From IMG/VR virus record IMGVR_UViG_3300028895_001288: a DNA stretch of 64,000 nt, one strand, 5' to 3'. The notes under the pieces were generated by a model. It was given only the letters and a program-made list of their open reading frames with translations, did no database searches and was not told the origin of the DNA. This document shows positions 57,172 to 64,000 of this stretch, piece after piece. This DNA is from an uncultured virus (IMG/VR IMGVR_UViG_3300028895_001288). Lineage: Duplodnaviria; Heunggongvirae; Uroviricota; Caudoviricetes. Position numbers and translations under genes: made by a program. The stretch's first letter is position 1, and the number at the start of each line of letters is the position of its first letter.

Positions 57172-57981
57172 ATGAACGCGAAAGCTTATCTCATCAAGCA
57201 GGCCGTCGAACCCATCGAGCTCCTCATGGGCGGCGGCACGTTGGGAGGTGGCTACCTGGCCGGCGAGTTGGCCGACGCGGGCGCGAACACGATGCTGAGC
57301 GACGTGGTGGCCCGTCAGATCGAGCGGTCCGCCGGCAAGATGTCGCCCAAGGAGCGGCGTGCCATACAAAAGGGCATTGGCGGGGTGAAGAAGGTACCCG
57401 TGCATGTCGTGGGCCCGAAAAAGCTTCACCACGGCAGCGAATACTTCGCGGCCGTGCCCGGCAAAAAGGGTATCGGCGAGGTGGTGATAACGAAACGCAC
57501 GCCCGACTTCGTGTTGGCCCACGAGTTGGGGCACGCGAAGGTAAAGCCTACGTTCTTCAGCAAACGGATGTCGCGGTTGGAAGGATTATCCGAACGCCAC
57601 GGCAAGATGTTGGGCGGCGGGGCCGGCGCGCTGTGGGCGGCACTCAGTGCCGACCCGGAAGAGAGCGCGCTGCGCACGGGCGTGGAAAGCGGCCTCAAGG
57701 GCGCGCTGACCGGCGTGGCGTCGCACGCGCCCATCCTCGCACACGAGGGGGCCGCATCGTTCCATGGCCTGCGCGGCATGGCTCGCGCGGGTGTGCCGTG
57801 GCGCAGCATGGCCCGTTCGGTACCCGGACTGGCCGCCCTGTTCGGCACGTACCTGGCTTCGGCCGCCCTACCTTCGGCGGGTGTCGCGGCCGGCGCGGGC
57901 CTGATCGCGCGCGAGGTCAAGAAGCGGCAGCTCAAGAGGGAGCTGCGCAAGGCTCGGCGGGAGGGCAAGCTTGGACGCTAA
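57172..57981 (+). CDS. Leader-family protein (MNAKAYLIKQA...) with HExxH zinc-metallopeptidase motif
   Basis: VLAHELGHA, downstream HEGAAS, Gly/Ala hydrophobic helices. Confidence 0.7.
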   Translation: MNAKAYLIKQAVEPIELLMGGGTLGGGYLAGELADAGANTMLSDVVARQIERSAGKMSPKERRAIQKGIGGVKKVPVHVVGPKKLHHGSEYFAAVPGKKGIGEVVITKRTPDFVLAHELGHAKVKPTFFSKRMSRLEGLSERHGKMLGGGAGALWAALSADPEESALRTGVESGLKGALTGVASHAPILAHEGAASFHGLRGMARAGVPWRSMARSVPGLAALFGTYLASAALPSAGVAAGAGLIAREVKKRQLKRELRKARREGKLGR

Positions 57982-58603
57982 AGCCTACCTGATCAAGCAG
58001 GCCACGACGGTCGGTCGCCTGGCACGCATCGCCAAGCGGCATGGCATACCACTGGTCGGCGACTGGCGCTACGCGGCCAAGCTGCTGGGTCGGCAGGCCA
58101 CGCCCAAGGGCAAGGCGCATTACCGGCGCGCGGCCGGCCTGATCGAGCCGGGCGAACGAAAGATCCTGCGCCGCCTACAGGCGAAGACCAAGGACCCCTT
58201 GGCAGAGCTCGGCGTGCAGCGCCTGCCGGGGGAGCGCCGGCTCGGGGTCATGGGAGATCGTACCGGCTTGGAGGTGACTGAGGGTGCCGTGCGTACGGTT
58301 CATACACACCCGGAAGCAGTGGAAAAGGTATTGGGGGTGGACCTTCCGCCTTTCAGGAGGAACCGGCTGGGGCAGGTGTTCCCCTCGAGCGGGCTGGACT
58401 ACCGTTACAAGAAGTTCATGCCCAAGACGATTAGGGAAGCCATAGCGGACCTAAAGAAGGGACCCTACTTCTTCAAGCACGACCTGGGTGATCTGGAAGA
58501 TAACTTAGGACTGACCCACGCCATCCTGGACCCGAGCACGGGCGTGCAGTCGGTGATAAAAGGTGGTCGGGGTAAGCTGAGAAGGCTGTTCTTCAAGGAG
58601 TGA
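57971..58603 (+). CDS. Leader-family basic protein (MDAKAYLIKQA...), possible JAB-like HxH motif
   Basis: GGAGG RBS with TTG start; leader identical to 18609; VHTHP...PSSGLD. Confidence 0.65.
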   Translation: MDAKAYLIKQATTVGRLARIAKRHGIPLVGDWRYAAKLLGRQATPKGKAHYRRAAGLIEPGERKILRRLQAKTKDPLAELGVQRLPGERRLGVMGDRTGLEVTEGAVRTVHTHPEAVEKVLGVDLPPFRRNRLGQVFPSSGLDYRYKKFMPKTIREAIADLKKGPYFFKHDLGDLEDNLGLTHAILDPSTGVQSVIKGGRGKLRRLFFKE

Positions 58604-59370
58604 TGATGAACCCGCGCGCGTACCTCTTGAAGAGGGCCAAGGACCTGGACGCGGATCTGTCCACGGCGGGCCAGCTCATGACCGGAAACGTGCTGGGTGG
58701 CATAGGGGGAGGCTTGGCTGCCGCCGGTTCAACAGGTCTCCTGGCAAAGGTGCTCATGCCGGGGCTGGGCAGCCTGGCCGGGCCCGTTTCTTCATCGGAG
58801 CGCAAGCAGCTTCAAAAGGCCATGGGCGTCAAGAAGGTGCCCGTGAAGACGCTCAACCCTTTCAAGATGCCCGTGGAAGGGGAGCACTTCGACCCACAAG
58901 CAGGCAAGCGTGGAAAGGTGGTGATCTCCAAACGTTCGCCGGATTACATCCTGGCGCACGAGCTGGGCCACGCGCAGGACCCCGCCTGGACCAGCCCGAG
59001 GATGATGAGGGTTTACGACATCGCAAGGGATGTAGGAATTCCATTGGGCAGTCTGGCCGGTTCCATCTGGGCCGCGCACGGCGCGGACCCGGAGGATAGC
59101 GTAGCCCGCACGGCAGTCGAGAGCGCGTTGAAAGGTGCCGCAGGTGGAACGGTCGGGTTCTCGCCCGTACTCGCCAGAGAGACGGTGGCATCCTTGCGGG
59201 GTTTCCAGGGGATGTACAACGCGGGCATGCCTTGGCATAGGATACTCCGGTCAGCGCCCGGTTTGGCAGTGGGCATCCTCACATACATAGCCACGGGGGC
59301 GCTACCCGCTGCCGGCGCGGCAGTGGGTACGGGCCTTGCCGCCAGAGAGCTGAAGAAAGAGGAAGACTAG
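58603..59370 (+). CDS. Leader-family HExxH metallopeptidase-like protein, paralog of 57172..57981
   Basis: MNPRAYLLKRA; ILAHELGHA; shared ADPE(E/D)S...ES(G/A)LKGA and RS(V/A)PGLA blocks. Confidence 0.7.
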   Translation: MMNPRAYLLKRAKDLDADLSTAGQLMTGNVLGGIGGGLAAAGSTGLLAKVLMPGLGSLAGPVSSSERKQLQKAMGVKKVPVKTLNPFKMPVEGEHFDPQAGKRGKVVISKRSPDYILAHELGHAQDPAWTSPRMMRVYDIARDVGIPLGSLAGSIWAAHGADPEDSVARTAVESALKGAAGGTVGFSPVLARETVASLRGFQGMYNAGMPWHRILRSAPGLAVGILTYIATGALPAAGAAVGTGLAARELKKEED

Positions 59371-60995
59371 TGTCTGAGCTGCCGGGATACCCGGAGAACG
59401 ACCTCAACAACGGACGTGACCTGCTGGTCATGCTGGGCAGCTTCTGGTCCGAGCTGTTCGGTGACCGGGACATCCTGCAAACCCACCTGCAATCCTCCGC
59501 CCACGAGCAGGCCCAGACGCACCTGAACTATCTCGAGGCCGTGGCCAACGTTTCCCGCTTCACCATCCCGGTCTTCCACCGCGAGGACTGGCACCTGCTG
59601 ACCTTCAAGCAGAGCGAGGCCAACGCGACGGCGAGCACGTACCGGGAAGGCGACCTGGTCTACGGGGAGCAGCCCGGCACGGTGGCGGGACGCGACGCCG
59701 GCTTCGTGCAGACCTACGGCGGCACGGACCGCCCGGACCAGACGCGGGTGGTGCTGCCCGAGACCCTGGTCGACGCGCCCGTGACCCTCCAGAACCTGGT
59801 CATCGACCCCAGCCGCGTGTTGCTCAAGGACCTGGACTACGACATCGAGGAGCGCTACGGGAGCCGCGTGATGCGCTTCCGCGCCGACCCCTTCACGGAC
59901 GACCTGATCCCGCGGCGCGACGTGGTGGATGACGACGGCAACGTGGTGGACGTGGAGATCGCCCTGTGGATCTACGTCGGCGAGTTCGACCTGGAGTACG
60001 TCTACACCCAGTTCGGGTACGCCATCGGTCTGCAGCTGCCGTCCACCGAGTTCTACAAGCAGCTCCTCAACGCCATCTGGGACTCGCACGTGCTGGGCTT
60101 CTCAAGGGCCGGTATGGAGAGCTTCCTGTCCGCCGTGTCGGGCGCGCCGATCATACTGGGCGCGCGGGAGACGGTGGAGGTGATCCGCGACGAGGGTGAC
60201 TCGACCCTGGTCGTGACCGATGCCAACGTTTATCGCGTGCCGGCTGGTGGCAACGTACTGTTGTCGGTGGGAACCACCTACCTGGCCGGTACGACGGTAT
60301 CGGACATCTTCCAGATCAGGGAGCTGTCGGGTCACAGCCCGAGCTACGACCTGCTACCGGCCATGGCGTTCAGCAAGAGCCTGCTCAGCGGGCAGTTCAT
60401 CTCCGAGCTGTTCATGGAGGACAAGCTCGCCGAGCTGTCGTACGAGGGGCTCGACGAGGACGGCAAGGCCATCGTGACCTTCGAGGTGTCCGGCTTCCCC
60501 AGCGACGTGGAAGCGTTCTGGGATGCGGTGCACGAGCGCGGCAAGGCGGATGGGCAGACGCTGGCCAACCTGCTAGACACGCGGGAGAATCCGGTGGGCG
60601 AGCCCGGCGAGAGTGACCTGCCGTCCACGGTGAACCCGCTGGAGTTCATGCTGGATAACCTGTTGAAGAACAACCTCTTCCTGCTGCGCGTGAAGCCCGG
60701 GGCGTTCGATCCCGACGCTCCCGGCTTGAGCCTGTTCAGCCGGCTGCGCGAGATCATGCCGCCGCACACGACGTATATCGTGTTCATTGAGGTGACACCT
60801 GACGCGGAGAGCGTTGACTTATCTCAGGCTGGCGGAGAAGATGAACCTGGTGCGGAGGTTAGCGCCGGTATGTTCCACGGGTCAGGGCTGCTGCTGGACG
60901 AGCTGTACGAGGGTACATCGGCTCCCGCAGGCGACGTGTTGACATACGATGAGGCGGTCGTGGCCGCGCGCCACGTTTCGTTCACCTGTCAATGA
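59370..60995 (+). CDS. Putative baseplate wedge protein
   Basis: Next structural gene after baseplate J; LGSFWS N-terminus; C-terminal LREIMPPHT (PAH-like wedge motif). Confidence 0.6.
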   Translation: MSELPGYPENDLNNGRDLLVMLGSFWSELFGDRDILQTHLQSSAHEQAQTHLNYLEAVANVSRFTIPVFHREDWHLLTFKQSEANATASTYREGDLVYGEQPGTVAGRDAGFVQTYGGTDRPDQTRVVLPETLVDAPVTLQNLVIDPSRVLLKDLDYDIEERYGSRVMRFRADPFTDDLIPRRDVVDDDGNVVDVEIALWIYVGEFDLEYVYTQFGYAIGLQLPSTEFYKQLLNAIWDSHVLGFSRAGMESFLSAVSGAPIILGARETVEVIRDEGDSTLVVTDANVYRVPAGGNVLLSVGTTYLAGTTVSDIFQIRELSGHSPSYDLLPAMAFSKSLLSGQFISELFMEDKLAELSYEGLDEDGKAIVTFEVSGFPSDVEAFWDAVHERGKADGQTLANLLDTRENPVGEPGESDLPSTVNPLEFMLDNLLKNNLFLLRVKPGAFDPDAPGLSLFSRLREIMPPHTTYIVFIEVTPDAESVDLSQAGGEDEPGAEVSAGMFHGSGLLLDELYEGTSAPAGDVLTYDEAVVAARHVSFTCQ

Positions 60996-61002
60996 GGTGG
61001 CC

Positions 61003-61371
61003 ATGAATCATCGGGCTTTCCTGCTTAAAGAGGCTGTGCAGAAGCGGTCCTACAGTCTGCTTCTGGGCCCTGTCGGCGGTGGTGCCGTGGGGGGCACCAT
61101 GGCCGCACGGAACATCGATCCCGAGCACAAGGAACGCATCAAGAAGATCCTGTACGGCGTGATGTACGGCACCGGCGGCGGCCTGATAGGAGGGGTGGGC
61201 GGACAGCTGGCCGGCGGCGCGGTGGGCGGTTTCGGTGGCAAGCACATCGGCAGGTTGGGGGGTATGGGGAGAGTCGGCGGAGCGGCCGGCATGACCCTCG
61301 GGGCGCTGCTGGGGGCCTTCGGAGGCATGGCTGCGGGCGGGCGCCTGGGCGGCATTAAAGCATCGGAATAG
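61003..61371 (+). CDS. Leader-family glycine-zipper protein (MNHRAFLLKEA...)
   Basis: GAGGTGG RBS; GxxxG repeats GGGLIGGVGGQLAGGAVGGFGG. Confidence 0.7.
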   Translation: MNHRAFLLKEAVQKRSYSLLLGPVGGGAVGGTMAARNIDPEHKERIKKILYGVMYGTGGGLIGGVGGQLAGGAVGGFGGKHIGRLGGMGRVGGAAGMTLGALLGAFGGMAAGGRLGGIKASE

Positions 61372-61375
61372 CGTC

Positions 61376-61981
61376 ATGAATGATCTGAAAAAGATGATGG
61401 AGACGTACGAGCCGGGGCGGAAGATGTGGGGCGACATCAGGATCTTCCTGTTCGACCCCGTCACGAAACGGATCAAGCGCCTGATCCGCAGGCGCAACCT
61501 GATCCTGTACAGCGGCGCGGACGTCCTGGCGCTGATGGCTTCGGGCGCGCCCGGCTTCCACGTCGCCACGATGTACATGGAGTACGAGAACCTGGCCGAC
61601 CCCGGCGACACGCCGTCGATCCCGTCGTACGACCGCACGGGCGGCATCGCCTACTACAACGGCCTGTCCGCCTCCCCGAACAAGGACTTCCTGCGCATTC
61701 CGATCACGGTGTCCCCGAGCCTGTCCTCGTCCGACGATGCCATCTACGACGGCAACGTGGTGACCTTCTTCGCCGTCTCGGAAGGCTTGGCAGGCTTCCA
61801 CGGCAAACCGTTCGGGCCCTCATCGAACTCGGCGGTATACGGTGCGGGCCTGGTGGCCTCGCCCGACCCCAGCGATCAGACGCAGGACCGGGTGTTCGCC
61901 CGGACGTACACGGGCATCGGCAAGATCCTGAAGGAAACGGGTTTCGAGATCGGAATCACGTGGCAGTTGCGTTTCAATTGA
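61376..61981 (+). CDS. Putative baseplate / fibre-attachment protein
   Basis: RNLILYSG...VFAR...K...FEIGITWQLRF pattern typical of such structural proteins. Confidence 0.55.
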   Translation: MNDLKKMMETYEPGRKMWGDIRIFLFDPVTKRIKRLIRRRNLILYSGADVLALMASGAPGFHVATMYMEYENLADPGDTPSIPSYDRTGGIAYYNGLSASPNKDFLRIPITVSPSLSSSDDAIYDGNVVTFFAVSEGLAGFHGKPFGPSSNSAVYGAGLVASPDPSDQTQDRVFARTYTGIGKILKETGFEIGITWQLRFN

Positions 61982-61991
61982 GGTGGCGCCC

Positions 61992-63863
61992 ATGGCATCC
62001 CCCGTCACACCCTGGATAAGCCGGGTCAATCCCATCCGCGATGGGGAAGAGGTACGCCAGCAGGTCGCGAACCGGTACCCGCACGAGCTGAAGGATCGCA
62101 CCCAGCACCTCAAGGACCTGCTGGACGCGATGAGTGCCGGACAGGCGCTGTTCCTGCGCGACGTGGCGCTCGACAGCGCCGTCGAGGTGGGGCACTACGT
62201 CTACTGGGACGCCTCCGCGCTGGAGTACAAGCGGGCCGTGGCGGCCCTGGTCTACGACGCTTCGGTGGGCGGTCTGGTCGTGGCGGACTCCAGCTACGCG
62301 GTCGGCATCGTGGTCTACAAGGCCGGCGCCACGCGCGGCGACATCCTGCAGACGGGCTTCCTCAACGGCGACTTCGACTTCACCAACACGATCGGCTCGG
62401 CGGGCGACACGGCGGCGGAGGCGGGCGCCTACTACCTGTCCGGGACCACGCCGGGCATGGCGGTCAAACAGAAGCCGCCCGTCGGCATCTACCTCATGTT
62501 CCTGCGCGGCGACGGCGGCGCGCACGTGGCCCCGGCCCCCAGAGAGGTGCTGGAGGATCACATCCACTACGTGATGGATCTACACGCCCAACCGGCCGGC
62601 ACGCTGGAATGCACCGAACCACACAACGAATACGAATTCCTTACCGTTGACGACACGATGCCAGGCTGGCTGCCGGCCGACCATTCATCGTTCAACGGCG
62701 CGGCCCCCTCGGGTGCCGTGCTGGGCTACAACCTGGCCATGCACACGGAGCTGGAGCGCGTGTGGCCCCCGTTCCCCATGGACAGCGTCTTCGTGGAGCG
62801 CGACGGCGTGGGCGAGCACCCCAACCGCTACATCGTCGACGCCACGACGCTGTGGTGGACGGAGAAGTGCTACGGCAAGGCCCCGTGGTCGCCGGAGATC
62901 CTGGACTGCGGTTCGCCCGCCTCGTCATCGTCATCGTCTTCCTCGAGCAGCAGCAGCAGCGAGGCCGGACCCGTGGCGCGCGAGTGTGAGAGCGGCGGCG
63001 TGCTTGAGCAGATGGGCTTCGTCAAGGGCGACCCCTTCGAGCGGCGCTTGCGCCTGTACTTCACCAAGATGCTGGCGAAGACCTCCAACACGGTGGTGAC
63101 CAGCCTGAGGGCGGCCGAGGGCAGCCCGATCACCGTGCAGGGCTGTGACGGGGAGGAAGCCGGCACCGGGGACCTGGAAGTCGACATCGACCTGGCGCTG
63201 GGCCTGACCGAAGGGGAGGGCGGCTACCAGGCGATCAAGGACATCGACGGGCTGACGTTCAAGCGCGGCCCCGTCATCGAGGCGATCAAGGCCGGCACCA
63301 ACGTTGAAATCAACGCGGTGTCGGGCGAGAGCGCCATGGACACGAACGGGTACGTGTACGGCAAGGCCGTGATCAACGCCGTACTGCCCGGTTCCGACCA
63401 GCAGGAAGGCAGCATCGTGCTGGTCTCGCTGGACAAGGCGCGCGAGGACGTGGTCGATGACATCTTCGTGCTGTCGCTGCCGGCCGGGATCAACTCCTCC
63501 TTCCGCGGCAAGATCGACGTGCCCCGCGACGGGATCGTGGCCAACCCGCAGATGGAGCTGTGGTTCTGGCTGCTGGCCAACTCGGCCGGCGAGCTGCCCG
63601 AGCTGCCGCTTTCGTACCGCCGCCTGCCCCGCCCGGACGGGTGTACGTCCCTGGCGTGGCCGGAGGCCGACACGGCGCTGGCGAACCTGAACCCGGGCTG
63701 CGGCACCCTGACCGCCAAGCGCTACGTGGAGGTGACCGGCGCGGCCTTCTCCATCGCCGAGGGCGACCAGGTGAACTTCGAGTTGGGACGGCTCTCTACG
63801 GACACGTACGCGGGCAAGGTGAGCATCGCCCGCATGGGCTTTCGGATAACAGCAGGCAGCTAG
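61992..63863 (+). CDS. Putative tail/baseplate structural protein with poly-Ser loop
   Basis: GAGGTGG RBS; N-terminal ANRYPHELKDRTQHLK (fibre-anchor-like). Confidence 0.55.
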   Translation: MASPVTPWISRVNPIRDGEEVRQQVANRYPHELKDRTQHLKDLLDAMSAGQALFLRDVALDSAVEVGHYVYWDASALEYKRAVAALVYDASVGGLVVADSSYAVGIVVYKAGATRGDILQTGFLNGDFDFTNTIGSAGDTAAEAGAYYLSGTTPGMAVKQKPPVGIYLMFLRGDGGAHVAPAPREVLEDHIHYVMDLHAQPAGTLECTEPHNEYEFLTVDDTMPGWLPADHSSFNGAAPSGAVLGYNLAMHTELERVWPPFPMDSVFVERDGVGEHPNRYIVDATTLWWTEKCYGKAPWSPEILDCGSPASSSSSSSSSSSSSEAGPVARECESGGVLEQMGFVKGDPFERRLRLYFTKMLAKTSNTVVTSLRAAEGSPITVQGCDGEEAGTGDLEVDIDLALGLTEGEGGYQAIKDIDGLTFKRGPVIEAIKAGTNVEINAVSGESAMDTNGYVYGKAVINAVLPGSDQQEGSIVLVSLDKAREDVVDDIFVLSLPAGINSSFRGKIDVPRDGIVANPQMELWFWLLANSAGELPELPLSYRRLPRPDGCTSLAWPEADTALANLNPGCGTLTAKRYVEVTGAAFSIAEGDQVNFELGRLSTDTYAGKVSIARMGFRITAGS

Positions 63864-63872
63864 GGATGAGAC

Positions 63873-64000
63873 ATGCCTCCAGTAGGCCCGGTTTGGAACG
63901 CGGACTGGCTGAACGCGAACAGCCAGCGGCACTACCCGATCTCGGAGAGTGCCACCCTTAAGGACTTGACGGGCAGCTTCGAGTTGCCCAAGGACTTCCT
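63873..64000 (+). CDS. Partial CDS running off the window (MPPVGPVWNADWLNANSQRHYP...)
   Basis: Open frame to the window end. Confidence 0.55.
   Translation, partial: MPPVGPVWNADWLNANSQRHYPISESATLKDLTGSFELPKDF

Noticed and set aside
18609..61035. Leader as a DNA-level mobile repeat or recombination site (integron-like cassette)
   Set aside because: Variation is concentrated at synonymous positions; no flanking inverted repeats or integrase in the window. Peptide-level conservation fits better.

Overview
A 64-kb, GC-rich segment of a large tailed phage with a contractile tail (myovirus-like, probably jumbo). Essentially all credible genes are on the + strand. Left to right: accessory enzymes (receiver domain, SAM methyltransferase, LigD-type phosphoesterase-ligase fusion); collagen and beta-helix fibre genes with a sulfotransferase; a phage multisubunit RNA polymerase (beta fused to the N-half of beta', with a LAGLIDADG intein, and the C-half of beta' as a separate gene); a head module (prohead protease, scaffold, decoration, major capsid); then neck, sheath, tube, a probable -1 frameshifted chaperone and baseplate genes with an embedded sigma70-family factor. 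The most striking signal is a K-x-A peptide motif system. (i) Eight genes with largely unrelated bodies, slotted between conserved structural genes, start with the same ~11-13 aa leader, M(D/N)xx(A/G)(Y/F)L(I/F/L)K(Q/E/R)A. (ii) The RNAP beta subunit carries three foreign enzyme domains (SET, HAD, 2H phosphoesterase), each bracketed by K-x-A sites. (iii) The protease, scaffold, capsid and many head-region proteins carry K-x-A at domain boundaries. My inference is a capsid-targeting and proteolytic-release system for virion-delivered effectors. All assignments come from motif reading by eye; no database searches were run. No tRNA, rRNA or CRISPR array was seen.
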